Assembly: GCA_963701295.1 (NCBI GenBank)
Contig: OY969585.1
Coordinates: forward strand, 2,304,001 to 2,368,000
Direction: 5' to 3'
From: Ignavibacteriota bacterium
Lineage (GTDB): Bacteria; Bacteroidota; Ignavibacteria; UBA10030
DNA: 64,000 nucleotides
Made by a program: the position numbers and the translations under genes. A model generated the notes under the pieces. It was not told the DNA's origin, did not search any database, and was given only the letters and a program-made list of their open reading frames with translations. Positions 53,066 through 63,200 of the stretch are shown in pieces (the first letter of the stretch is position 1; each line of letters opens with the position of its first letter).

Positions 53066-53158
53066 TCCTTTAATTCCTATCCAGCGAGGTAGGAAAGGGA
53101 TATGATGATAGTATTGGACTGCCCCCTTTTCCTAATTCAATGGAACTGGGGGTTTTTT
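53066..53158 (+). promoter_or_regulatory. PyrR-binding RNA element / transcription attenuator
   Basis: CCTTTAA and ATCCAGCGAGGT match the PyrR binding-loop motifs. Terminator CCCCC..GGGGGTTTTTT at 53122-53158; antiterminator TAGGAAAGGG pairs with CCCTTTTCCTA. Confidence 0.88.
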
Positions 53159-53178
53159 CATTTTAAGAAAGGTGGATC

Positions 53179-53727
53179 ATGATGAAAACAAAAGTACTCG
53201 ACGCCGACGGTCTTCGGCGAACTGTGAACCGTCTCTCTCATGAATTAGTGGAGAGGAATAAAGGTGTTCAAGACGTCGTTCTTGTGGGCATCAGGACACG
53301 CGGCGAATATCTCGCGCATCGTGTCGCAAAAAAATTAGAAGAAATCGAAAATATAAAAGTACAAGTCGGAGTGCTGGATATTACATTGTACCGTGACGAT
53401 CTTCACGGACGTTTGGATCAACCTGAATTGAAAAGTTCTGAGATTCTCTTCGACATTCGAGGGAAAGTTGTCGTTCTTATAGATGATGTGTTCTTTACAG
53501 GGCGAACGATCCGATCCGCACTCAACGCCTTGATGGATCTGGGTCGGCCTGCAATGATTCAGCTGTTGGTGCTTGTTGATCGAGGGCATCGCGAGCTGCC
53601 TATCAAAGCGGATTTCGTCGGAAAGAATGTCCCAACATCACGCGGCCAGGAAGTGAAAGTTGAAATGACAGAAGCGGATGAGGAAGATGCAGTCTACCTT
53701 ATTAAGAATGACGAGAAGGAGAACTGA
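53179..53727 (+). CDS. pyrR: Pyrimidine operon attenuation protein / uracil phosphoribosyltransferase
   Basis: GIRTRG, LDITLYRDD, IDDVFFTGRT, DRGHRELPI. Confidence 0.96.
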   Translation: MMKTKVLDADGLRRTVNRLSHELVERNKGVQDVVLVGIRTRGEYLAHRVAKKLEEIENIKVQVGVLDITLYRDDLHGRLDQPELKSSEILFDIRGKVVVLIDDVFFTGRTIRSALNALMDLGRPAMIQLLVLVDRGHRELPIKADFVGKNVPTSRGQEVKVEMTEADEEDAVYLIKNDEKEN

Positions 53728-53729
53728 TT

Positions 53730-54650
53730 ATGAAATTACAAAGTCGTCACTTACTAGGATTGGAAGGGGTGGGAAAGGAAGATATTACACTCATTCTCGA
53801 CACTGCAATATCATTTAAGGAAGTTTTGGAGCGGCCAATTAAAAAGGTTCCGCCATTGCAAGGAAAAACGATTGTGAATCTGTTCTTTGAGAGCTCCACT
53901 CGAACGCGGATTTCGTTCGAGCTTGCAGAGCGGCGGCTCTCGGCAGATGTAGTGAATTTTTCTTCTGTAGGCAGCAGTGTCAGTAAGGGAGAAACGCTCA
54001 AGGATACAGCACGCAATATCGAAGCAATGAAGATCGATATGGTTGTCATCCGCCATGCATCTTCAGGAGCGCCGCACTTTCTTACTCGTGTGGTGAAAGC
54101 AAATGTGATTAATGCGGGCGATGGTGCGCACGAACATCCTACTCAGGCATTACTCGATATGATGACATTGAAGGAGAAATACGGAAAGCTCGAAGGACTT
54201 CGCGTCTGCATAGTCGGTGATATCTTGCATAGTCGCGTTGCACGCTCTAATATCTACGGATTAAAAACGATGGGAGTAGAAGTCTCCGTGTGTGGTCCCG
54301 CAACAATGATTCCACGGAATATCGAAGCCCTTGGTGTTCGTGTGTATCACCGATTGGAAGATGTTATTCCACACGTTGATGCTTTAAATGTTCTTCGCAT
54401 CCAATTGGAGCGGCAGAAGAGCGGGCTTTTCCCATCGCTTCGTGAATACCACCGCTTTTTTGGAGTAACAAAAGAAAAAGTTGACCGAGCACCGAAACCG
54501 ATCACCATTATGCATCCAGGTCCCATCAACCGCGACGTCGAGCTCTCAGCTGATCTTGCCGATGGACCGCACTCTGTTATTCTAGAACAAGTAACAAACG
54601 GAGAAGCAGTTCGGATGGCAGTACTCTACTTACTTGGAACCTCGAATTAA
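53730..54650 (+). CDS. pyrB: Aspartate carbamoyltransferase catalytic subunit
   Basis: FFESSTRT, NAGDG..HPTQALLD, HSRVARS, RIQLER, HPGP. Confidence 0.97.
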   Translation: MKLQSRHLLGLEGVGKEDITLILDTAISFKEVLERPIKKVPPLQGKTIVNLFFESSTRTRISFELAERRLSADVVNFSSVGSSVSKGETLKDTARNIEAMKIDMVVIRHASSGAPHFLTRVVKANVINAGDGAHEHPTQALLDMMTLKEKYGKLEGLRVCIVGDILHSRVARSNIYGLKTMGVEVSVCGPATMIPRNIEALGVRVYHRLEDVIPHVDALNVLRIQLERQKSGLFPSLREYHRFFGVTKEKVDRAPKPITIMHPGPINRDVELSADLADGPHSVILEQVTNGEAVRMAVLYLLGTSN

Positions 54651-54661
54651 AGGAATAGCAC

Positions 54662-55945
54662 ATGAAACTACATTTGAAATCAGGTCGTCTTATTGATCCC
54701 GCAAAAGGGAAAGATGTTGTTACTGATATGTTGATCGTCGATGGAAGAATAGAACGCATTGGGCAATCGCTCTCCACAGATCGTTCCTTCGAAACTGTCG
54801 ATCTAAAGAACAAGGTTATTGCGCCGGGATTTATCGATATGCACGTTCACTTGCGCGAACCGGGGTACGAACATAAGGAAACGATTGAAACAGGGTGCGC
54901 CTCTGCAGCAGCGGGAGGATTTACCGCTGTCTGTTGTATGCCCAACACAAATCCTACGATTGATGAAGAGTCGGTTGCACGATATGTACAGGAGGAAGGC
55001 AGGCGTGTGACAGGAGGTCTTGTGGATGTATATCCGATTGCGGCTGCGACAAAAGGGCGCAAAGGCGAAGAATTGGCGCCGATGGCTGAGTTATCCAAAG
55101 CAGGCGCTGTTGGATTCTCGGATGACGGATCACCGATAGCAAGCGCGGAATTGATGCGCCGAGTTCTTGAATACTCATCAATGTATGGTTTACCTGTCAT
55201 CCAGCATGCGGAGGAACAAACGCTGACAAGGAATGGGCTCATGAATGAAGGGCTTGTTGCAACTCGCCTTGGAATGCCTGGAATTCCTCCAATTGCTGAA
55301 GAGCTCATGATCGAACGCGACATCATTCTCTTGCGCTATGTTCCGCATTCGAAGTATCACGTTGCACATATCAGTACCGCAGGTTCAATTGAATGTGTAC
55401 AACGAGCGAAAGCAGAAAAGCTCAATATTACTTGCGAAGTCACACCGCATCACTTCACTCTTACAGATGAAGCAGTTGAGAGTTTTGATACGAACTTAAA
55501 GATGAGTCCGCCATTGCGCACAAAAGATGATGTACAGGCTCTCAAAGAAGCACTACGTGATGGTACGATCGATGTGATTGCAACGGACCATGCACCACAT
55601 ACCATTGATGAAAAAGAAGTGGAATATGCACAAGCCCCATTTGGAATTGTTGGATTAGAGACTGCTATCGGATTGTCTGTGACAGAATTGGTAAACAAAA
55701 AATATCTCACTCTAAATCAATTGATTGAAAAACTCTCAATCAACCCTCGTAGAATTCTTTCTTTACCTATGATAAATATCCAGGAAGGGGAAACCGCCAA
55801 CCTTACATTGTTCGATCCGGAAAAAGAATGGGTGGTAGATATTCAAGCATTTAAATCGAAGTCTAAGAACTCACCGTTCCATGGACGGCGACTCAAAGGG
55901 AAAACAATCGGAGTCATTAACAACGGAAAGTCGTGGTTTGTATAA
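54662..55945 (+). CDS. pyrC: Dihydroorotase
   Basis: DMHVHLREPG, MPNT, CEVTPHH, ATDHAPH, GIVGLET. Confidence 0.96.
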   Translation: MKLHLKSGRLIDPAKGKDVVTDMLIVDGRIERIGQSLSTDRSFETVDLKNKVIAPGFIDMHVHLREPGYEHKETIETGCASAAAGGFTAVCCMPNTNPTIDEESVARYVQEEGRRVTGGLVDVYPIAAATKGRKGEELAPMAELSKAGAVGFSDDGSPIASAELMRRVLEYSSMYGLPVIQHAEEQTLTRNGLMNEGLVATRLGMPGIPPIAEELMIERDIILLRYVPHSKYHVAHISTAGSIECVQRAKAEKLNITCEVTPHHFTLTDEAVESFDTNLKMSPPLRTKDDVQALKEALRDGTIDVIATDHAPHTIDEKEVEYAQAPFGIVGLETAIGLSVTELVNKKYLTLNQLIEKLSINPRRILSLPMINIQEGETANLTLFDPEKEWVVDIQAFKSKSKNSPFHGRRLKGKTIGVINNGKSWFV

Positions 55946-56079
55946 TAAATCCTGACTGTTCAGAATAACAGACAGCTGAAAAGAAACCAGATCTCAGAAT
56001 TATCCGACCGTCTCCAACGGGAAGAAAATCACTGGAGCGAATGCTCAGCAAGAATTGAAGTGAGTGGATAGGTAGCACT

Positions 56080-56126
56080 TGATGGGAAGCAACCCATTCC
56101 TTACGATAGGGTTGCTCTTCCATTCA
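56080..56126. terminator. Intergenic hairpin, possible pyr operon terminator
   Basis: GGGAAGCAACCC..GGGTTGCTCTTCC imperfect inverted repeat; weak U-tract. Confidence 0.4.
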
Positions 56127-56166
56127 TTGACTTTCTCCACGTTTTCTGATAATTTGATCTTAAATA

Positions 56167-56634
56167 ATGAATTGGTTCCTCGTCATATTGGTTATGTCAT
56201 TTTTTCCCGAAGCACAAGTAAAGACTCAACCTGTGACTAGTCAGACAGATGATACGCTCGTTATACATTCTGTCCATTCAGCCGTCCAGCGCTCTTCACT
56301 AGTAGAGATTTTTCAGAACGTGGAAAATGGGCTACAAAATAACGCAGTAGACAAATTTAAAAAAGAACTTGGTGAAATAGTCTCCATGACAATTAGTTCC
56401 GGTGAACATGGATACTATTCGGCCAACCAAGCGGTATTAGTACTTATTGGATATTTTTCAGAGCGCCGCCTCGTTTCATTTAAATTCTCTCGAATTCACG
56501 AGAAAGGCTCTGCACCTTATGCAACGGGCCGTTTTATCTATGTCCAAAAGGGAATTCAAAAATCAGTACAGGTGTATGTATCTTTGACTGAGCAAGGCTC
56601 GCGATGGGTTATCAATCAATTCAACATTTATTGA
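56167..56634 (+). CDS. DUF4783-like secreted protein
   Basis: Signal peptide and GYYSANQA..L..YF pattern; NTF2-like size. Confidence 0.65.
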   Translation: MNWFLVILVMSFFPEAQVKTQPVTSQTDDTLVIHSVHSAVQRSSLVEIFQNVENGLQNNAVDKFKKELGEIVSMTISSGEHGYYSANQAVLVLIGYFSERRLVSFKFSRIHEKGSAPYATGRFIYVQKGIQKSVQVYVSLTEQGSRWVINQFNIY

Positions 56635-56647
56635 TAATGATGACGAT

Positions 56648-59600
56648 ATGAGGGATCGAATCGTACGAAATGTTCGCCCCGCGTTATGGGGCTTTTTTAT
56701 TTGTGTTGCATTGGCTGGAGCGTTGTATACAATAAGGATTTTCATTCCGTCGTATATCGCTCATCGGTGGGATGCAGAGCGCAGCATTCGGCGATCACAG
56801 AACGAAAAAATTATTCGCAATGCTTTTCAAAGCCGTGTCGAACAACTGACCGAAATCCTCGAGCGTGTTTCTGGAGATACCTCTCTTGCTACAAGTATAA
56901 ACTTAAACGGTGTGCCTGCTGCCCTCAAAGCGTTTCAGACGTTGAATTCCTATCGATTGCATGATGATCAAACACTTGATCTTGTAGATCCGCAAGGAAA
57001 TCTTTTTGCTTGGAATGGACCGAGCATAACGCACCGGTATGCAGAGGTTCCCGGTCAGAATCCTCCTAAGCAATTTGTCCGTGTCACACAAAATGGACTG
57101 CGTGCATATCTAACGGTCGGCAGATGTCTTACTTCCGATAAATATTATTTGATGGCGAGTGAGCCGCTCGAATTAAATTCTCCAATCTCAAATCGATTCG
57201 TTCAAAAAGTAAGTTTGAGCGATGATCTTTCACAGAAATTAAAAGCAAAAGTCACGCTTTGGATTTCGCATACCACCCAGTCAAATCAGGTAGAGCTCAT
57301 TGTTCCTATTATTGATAGGGAAGGGAATACGGTCGTTGAATTCTCTGTAGAAGAAAAAACCATCGAAAATGAAATTGCCTCTATTATCGAAGTATATTCG
57401 ATGTTGATTGGTTTTTGTTTCGCTTTCGGGAGTGTCTTCCTTGCATACGCAGAAACACTATGGATAGCCCGTATTCGGAAGGGTTGGATTCCAATGGCTA
57501 TAAGCATTCTTTCTCTGTGGTTTGTGAGATTGGTATGGCACGAGATGGAATTCCCGGCTAATATTATAGGCGGTTGGTTTTCCAATCTGAATTTATACGC
57601 ATCTCCCTTTTTCTTTGGATTAAGTTCTTCGTTGGGGGAACTGGTCATTAGCATGGGAATACTTACAATTTCGACTTGGCTCTTCTTCACGTACATGATT
57701 TTTAACAAACGGGTGGAAGAAGTCATTTCAGGATTAGGATTGCGCGTTAAACGAATTGGTGCATTCATTATTTTATGTGTGGTTGCTCTTTTAATACTTT
57801 GGATATTTCGAGGTTTTAGCGAAGCATTAAGGAGTTTTGTGTTTGATTCAACGATACGATTTAACAATCCGTCGGAGATATTATTAGATGGAACATCAGC
57901 GATCATGCTTCTCAATGTTATATTGCTAGGAGTTTCATTACTATGCGTTTCGACGGTGTTACTTTGGATAGGGAAGAAAATTCTTTCTATTCAATTCCCT
58001 TCATCAGAATTAAAGATCCAAATCCTTTACATCGTCCTTTTACTTTTATGTATCATGCTCTTTATATGGATAGATGGAACTCCACAATCGCAATTCTTCA
58101 GTACTTTCTTGTTCATAACGCTCAGTGTTGTCTTGGTGGAATTGTTGTCTCGTTGGGACAATTCTGAGATAGGCGTACCATCAGCAAAATGGCGAACAGT
58201 AGTGTCAATAGTGTTAGGTTCGTTTTTGCTGGGAGTGCCAATGATACATCAAAAACTCCAACAGAGAGAATGCAAGGAAGTGGAAGTTGTAGCAAAAGAA
58301 TTATTGCGACCTTCAGACAATTGGTTAACCTATGTAGTACTTGATGGAATTCGCTCGTCTGTCGAAGGTTTGAAAGACGAATTGATCATGAATGATATTG
58401 CAGAAGCAAAAAAAACGAATCTTGCATTTGTCTTGTGGACGAAGACCCTGCTTGGCAAGGAAGGATATAACTCTGCCCTTGTTCTTTACGACCAAAAAGG
58501 AAATGAAGTGGATCGATTCGTCGTTGGAATGAGCAAGCCGGAACAACAAGAAATTCTTACTCGAGTGTTTGAGGGGGAAGAAAATGCTGTCCATATGATA
58601 GGAAGAACGGGGCAGAAAACACTGGGCAAGCTTTATGGTGCTTGGATAACAGTTCGTGATTCAAACGAGAAATTCGTTGGCAGCCTTGCACTCATTCTTT
58701 CTGAACATCAGAAAACATTTTTTCATAACCAGGAAACCGAGCCGCTTCGACAATTTGGAGATCGATTTGAAAATGATATATTTCGCGAAATTGCCATTCA
58801 TGAGTTTCAAATGGACACTCTAATATTTTCAACGGGAAGCAAATTAACCCCGGATCGGTTTTTGTCTTCGACAATTGAGGCTGAACTCCAGGAAGCTCCA
58901 AACGCCATACTATGGAAGGACATGAGAATCAATGGATATGAAACGCAAACCGTATTTTTAAGAGATATGGATTCACCGGAGAAAATTGTGTCGATCAGTC
59001 TCGAGAGATTGGATGTCCGATGGGAATTATTCAGCTATCTAAAGGAATTTTTTATCTGCCTTGGTGTCTTGGCTGCAGTTGGAATGTATGTGTTCATTCG
59101 TAGACATGATCGTAGTGTCCTACCAATGATGGGATTCAAAGGCAAGCTTTTTCTCGGATTTGCATGCATTACGCTTTTACCTCTTGCAGTCTTGAGCTAT
59201 TACAACAAACAACTTGTTGCAGAACGGGTGCAGGAACAAATTGAAACAACATTGTATCGCGAATTATCTCAATTACAGGATCGCATTAGTACATCTGTTA
59301 CAGATGAAGAAGATTATGTGCTTGGGGTTAGCGATGATTTCTGTGAAGCGCTTGCTAGTGAATATGGCATTGACTTCTCAGTTTATCGTAATGCGTCGAT
59401 TCAGGCAAGCAGTCGGTCTGAACTCTATCGCGCTGGACTTTTAGATAGAAGACTTAATGGAGAAGCCTTTGCCTCGTCGGTTCTCGAAAGAAAAAGTTAT
59501 TTTTTAACGAAAGAAAAGATTGGTTCTGTTGAATATGTAGTAGGCTACGCTCCAATTTCAATTGCCGGTTCTGTTGTTGGAGTACTCGCTATCCCGACAT

Positions 59601-60544
59601 TGAATCGAGAAAAAGAAATAGAATCTGAATTAGCACAACGAAATGCTTATGTTTTTGGTGCATATGCCATCGTTTTTGGGATTGCCTTGGTTGGCGGTGG
59701 ATTGCTTGCCTTACGTTTTACCCAACCATTGAGTCTTTTGACCCTTGCAGCAAAAGATGTTTCAGAGGGAAATCTTGCAGTACGAGTCGAAACGCACTCT
59801 CGAGATGAAATTGGTATACTTGCCCGCTCATTTAACGAAATGGTTTTCAAATTACAAAAGAGCAGAGAAGAACTTTCTAAACATGAACGTGAAAGTGCAT
59901 GGAAGGAAATGGCAAAACAGGTTGCCCACGAAATCCGGAATCCTCTTACCCCCATTAAACTTTCAATCCAGCATGTTCGTCAGGCGTTTAAAGATAAGGC
60001 GCCTGACAGGGAAGAGATACTCCAGCGCGTAACACAGACGGTGAACGATCAGATTGAGGTGCTTTCTCGAATTGCTTCTGAATTCTCGAGCTTGGCAAAA
60101 ATGCCGGAGAGCAAGTTTGAACGGCTTAATATTGACGATCTTCTCAAAGAGACAATAAATCTGTTCCGGGAAGTTCAAGGAGTGAGCTTTATCCATACGT
60201 TTGTATCTCCAACGGTGATGATTGTTGCTGATCGCGACCAGCTTCGTAGAGTATTTATCAATATTATCAGGAACGCCATCCAAGCGATACAGAAAGCTGG
60301 AACAATAACCGCTGAGACTTCTTTAGAAAAACATATATGTATTATCAAAATCTCCGATACAGGGTCAGGAATTCCTGAAGAAATACTATCGAGGATATTT
60401 GAACCGAATTTCTCAACGAAGACTGAAGGTATGGGGCTCGGGTTGGCAATTGCACGAAGAATCATTGAAGACCATGGAGGGACAGTATCTTGCTCAAGTG
60501 AGCGTGGGAAAGGAACGACGTTTGAAATCCGGCTTCCAGCCTGA
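56648..60544 (+). CDS. Large multi-TM HAMP sensor histidine kinase (NtrY-like)
   Basis: Many TM helices, HAMP (DEIGILARSFNEM), AWKEMAKQVAHEIRNPLTP, NIIRNA, DTGSG, GMGLGL. Confidence 0.92.
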   Translation: MRDRIVRNVRPALWGFFICVALAGALYTIRIFIPSYIAHRWDAERSIRRSQNEKIIRNAFQSRVEQLTEILERVSGDTSLATSINLNGVPAALKAFQTLNSYRLHDDQTLDLVDPQGNLFAWNGPSITHRYAEVPGQNPPKQFVRVTQNGLRAYLTVGRCLTSDKYYLMASEPLELNSPISNRFVQKVSLSDDLSQKLKAKVTLWISHTTQSNQVELIVPIIDREGNTVVEFSVEEKTIENEIASIIEVYSMLIGFCFAFGSVFLAYAETLWIARIRKGWIPMAISILSLWFVRLVWHEMEFPANIIGGWFSNLNLYASPFFFGLSSSLGELVISMGILTISTWLFFTYMIFNKRVEEVISGLGLRVKRIGAFIILCVVALLILWIFRGFSEALRSFVFDSTIRFNNPSEILLDGTSAIMLLNVILLGVSLLCVSTVLLWIGKKILSIQFPSSELKIQILYIVLLLLCIMLFIWIDGTPQSQFFSTFLFITLSVVLVELLSRWDNSEIGVPSAKWRTVVSIVLGSFLLGVPMIHQKLQQRECKEVEVVAKELLRPSDNWLTYVVLDGIRSSVEGLKDELIMNDIAEAKKTNLAFVLWTKTLLGKEGYNSALVLYDQKGNEVDRFVVGMSKPEQQEILTRVFEGEENAVHMIGRTGQKTLGKLYGAWITVRDSNEKFVGSLALILSEHQKTFFHNQETEPLRQFGDRFENDIFREIAIHEFQMDTLIFSTGSKLTPDRFLSSTIEAELQEAPNAILWKDMRINGYETQTVFLRDMDSPEKIVSISLERLDVRWELFSYLKEFFICLGVLAAVGMYVFIRRHDRSVLPMMGFKGKLFLGFACITLLPLAVLSYYNKQLVAERVQEQIETTLYRELSQLQDRISTSVTDEEDYVLGVSDDFCEALASEYGIDFSVYRNASIQASSRSELYRAGLLDRRLNGEAFASSVLERKSYFLTKEKIGSVEYVVGYAPISIAGSVVGVLAIPTLNREKEIESELAQRNAYVFGAYAIVFGIALVGGGLLALRFTQPLSLLTLAAKDVSEGNLAVRVETHSRDEIGILARSFNEMVFKLQKSREELSKHERESAWKEMAKQVAHEIRNPLTPIKLSIQHVRQAFKDKAPDREEILQRVTQTVNDQIEVLSRIASEFSSLAKMPESKFERLNIDDLLKETINLFREVQGVSFIHTFVSPTVMIVADRDQLRRVFINIIRNAIQAIQKAGTITAETSLEKHICIIKISDTGSGIPEEILSRIFEPNFSTKTEGMGLGLAIARRIIEDHGGTVSCSSERGKGTTFEIRLPA

Positions 60545-60554
60545 CAGGGAAGAA

Positions 60555-61289
60555 ATGACCGTTATTCTGCCAAAGATTTATTCTGGAATTTCGAAGGTGC
60601 GTGCCGGAATGAGTACAAGAATCGGGAATGAGAGCGATACTGCGTTTGGAGTAAATTTGAGTTTTAACGTCGGAGATGATCCCACGCGTGTGAGAAGGAA
60701 TCGTAAAAAATTCTTTGCTCAAATAGGGATTTCAGAGCACGATCTTGCAATTCCACTCCAATGTCATTCGAACAATATTCTCAAGGTTGATACTCGAGGA
60801 GAATATGAAAAATGTGATGCTCTGATCACAAATACAGCCCAAGTGGCATTGGCTGTTACCATAGCGGATTGTGTTCCCATTTTGCTCTTTGATCCAATCA
60901 ATAAAGCAGTTGGAGCAGTACATGCGGGGTGGAGAGGGACAATTGGTTCCATTGCTAAACGAGCTGTAGAAAAAATGAAGGCAGAATACAGGACGGACCC
61001 TGCTCAAATGCTTGCTTATATTGGCCCATCCGCCGGAGCGTGTTGTTATGAAGTAGATGAGGAAGTTGCTGTTATATTCGGGAATAAAGTCGTACCTTAT
61101 CCCAAGAAGAAGATATTCCTCGATTTAAAAAAAGAGAATATGCTCCAGCTTATGCAACTTGGAGTTTTAACGAACAATATTGAGGTTAGCTCATCCTGTA
61201 CGATTTGCGAGAGGAAACTGTTTCATTCCTTTAGAAGGGATGGTCGGAAGGCAGGCAGGATGATGGCGGTTATTTGCATGATGCAATAA
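60555..61289 (+). CDS. pgeF: Peptidoglycan editing factor PgeF / YfiH family
   Basis: NLSFNVGD, QCHS, DALIT, ADCVP, HAGWRG, GPS, CT, SFRR. Confidence 0.9.
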   Translation: MTVILPKIYSGISKVRAGMSTRIGNESDTAFGVNLSFNVGDDPTRVRRNRKKFFAQIGISEHDLAIPLQCHSNNILKVDTRGEYEKCDALITNTAQVALAVTIADCVPILLFDPINKAVGAVHAGWRGTIGSIAKRAVEKMKAEYRTDPAQMLAYIGPSAGACCYEVDEEVAVIFGNKVVPYPKKKIFLDLKKENMLQLMQLGVLTNNIEVSSSCTICERKLFHSFRRDGRKAGRMMAVICMMQ

Positions 61290-61302
61290 TTGGAGATAGA
61301 GT

Positions 61303-63135
61303 ATGTGTGGCATTGTTGGATATGTCGGAAAACGGAATGCGTTGCCGATCCTTTTAGAAGGATTAAAGAGACTTGAATATCGGGGTTATGACTCTGCGGG
61401 AGTTGCGTTACTTCAAGACGGAAAACTCCAAATCAAAAAATGTGTTGGGAAGGTGTCTCAATTAGAAGAGGCAACCAAGGAAATCAAGTCAACAGCTACC
61501 ATCGGTATTGGACATACTCGCTGGGCCACTCACGGCGTGCCCAATGATATAAACGCGCATCCTCATACGGACTGCCATAACCATATAGCACTGATCCATA
61601 ATGGGGTGATTGAGAATTATGCAACGCTCAAAAAGAAATTAGAGACACTTGGACACATTTTTAAATCAGCGACAGATACCGAGGTTTTAGTGCACCTTAT
61701 CGAGGAGTTCTCTCGGTGGAATAAGGATTTGGATTATGCTGTTCGTGGTGCACTGAAAGAAGTAACAGGTACCTATGGAATTATTGTCGCGGACATTTTT
61801 AAACCGGATACTCTTATTGTTGCCCGCAAGGGAAGCCCGATAGTGATCGGTTATGGTGATGAAGAGATCGTTATTGCTTCTGATGCTTCGGCTTTAGTGC
61901 AGCATACCCGGAAAGTGACATATTTAGAGGATGGTGAGGTTGCTGTTGTCACCGCACAAGATGTTACAATAAAAACCTTAAGCGATGTTGAGATAACAAA
62001 GGTAGTAGAAGAACTCACATTTGATCTCGATCAGATTGAAAAAGGGGGATTTCTTCATTTTATGTTGAAAGAAATTCATGAACAGCCTGAGACAATCCAA
62101 AATTCTATGCGAGGTCGTTTACTGGAAGAAGAGGGAACAGTGAAGCTTGGTGGTCTCAGTGAAGTGGCTGACACGGTAATACGCGCACCTCGTCTAATCT
62201 TTGCAGCGTGTGGCACTTCTTGGCATGCTGCACTCATAGGCAAATATATGCTTGAGCAATATGCTCGTATTCCCGTGGAAGTCGAGTACGCTTCGGAATT
62301 CCGGTACCGTAATCCTATTCTCAAGAAAGATGATGTTGTTCTATTGATCAGCCAAAGTGGTGAGACAGCGGATACACTTGCGGCCTTACGAGAAGCAAAA
62401 GCACAAGGAGCGACTGTTATTGGAATATGTAATGTGGTGGGGAGTTCTATTGCGCGCGAAAGTGACGGTGGTGTGTATATTCATGCCGGACCCGAAATCG
62501 GCGTCGCATCCACAAAGGCATTCACGTCACAATTGACCGTGCTGGCGTTGCTTACAATTCTCATTGCACGGAGCAAAGGAATGCCGCGGGAGAAAGGTAT
62601 CGAACTTGTTCGAGAACTGAAACTGTTGCCAGAGAAGGTGCAAAAAATTCTTTCGGACGTATCACAGATCGAGTATATAGCAAGTGAATTTAAAAATACG
62701 AAAAACTTTCTTTATCTTGGGCGAGGATATAATTTCCCTTCTGCGCTTGAAGGTGCACTGAAGATGAAGGAGATATCATACATTCATGCCGAAGGATACC
62801 CCGCGGCAGAAATGAAGCATGGTCCTATAGCACTCATTGATGAAAATATGCCGGTTGTGTTTATTGCACCTCATGATAGAACATATGAGAAAATTATGAG
62901 CAATATTCAAGAAGTGAAAGCACGGAGTGGGAAAGTGATTGCGATTGTAAACGATGAGGAAGACAGCATCTGCCAATTGGCAGATTATAGGATTTGTGTA
63001 CCTTCAACCATTGATTTATTCACACCGATTCTTGCAGTCATCCCGCTGCAATTGCTGGCATATTACATTGCAGTTTCCCGAGGATGCAACATTGATCAAC
63101 CACGAAACTTAGCAAAAAGCGTTACTGTTGAATAA
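61303..63135 (+). CDS. glmS: Glutamine--fructose-6-phosphate transaminase
   Basis: MCGIVG, LEYRGYDSAG, HTRWATHG, SQSGETADT, PRNLAKSVTVE. Confidence 0.98.
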   Translation: MCGIVGYVGKRNALPILLEGLKRLEYRGYDSAGVALLQDGKLQIKKCVGKVSQLEEATKEIKSTATIGIGHTRWATHGVPNDINAHPHTDCHNHIALIHNGVIENYATLKKKLETLGHIFKSATDTEVLVHLIEEFSRWNKDLDYAVRGALKEVTGTYGIIVADIFKPDTLIVARKGSPIVIGYGDEEIVIASDASALVQHTRKVTYLEDGEVAVVTAQDVTIKTLSDVEITKVVEELTFDLDQIEKGGFLHFMLKEIHEQPETIQNSMRGRLLEEEGTVKLGGLSEVADTVIRAPRLIFAACGTSWHAALIGKYMLEQYARIPVEVEYASEFRYRNPILKKDDVVLLISQSGETADTLAALREAKAQGATVIGICNVVGSSIARESDGGVYIHAGPEIGVASTKAFTSQLTVLALLTILIARSKGMPREKGIELVRELKLLPEKVQKILSDVSQIEYIASEFKNTKNFLYLGRGYNFPSALEGALKMKEISYIHAEGYPAAEMKHGPIALIDENMPVVFIAPHDRTYEKIMSNIQEVKARSGKVIAIVNDEEDSICQLADYRICVPSTIDLFTPILAVIPLQLLAYYIAVSRGCNIDQPRNLAKSVTVE

Positions 63136-63200
63136 GAGATGGATGTTGACACAATGCTTTGTGTGTTGACAGTGCTTTACGAAAGGAAAGTAAGACCACA

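Noticed and set aside
61290-61302. glmS ribozyme
   Set aside because: Only 13 bp separate pgeF and glmS, leaving no room for one.
63144-63178. Short direct repeat TGTTGACA..TGCTTT x2 between glmS and the SDR gene
   Set aside because: Only two imperfect copies; could be a local duplication or promoter, with no supporting -10 element.
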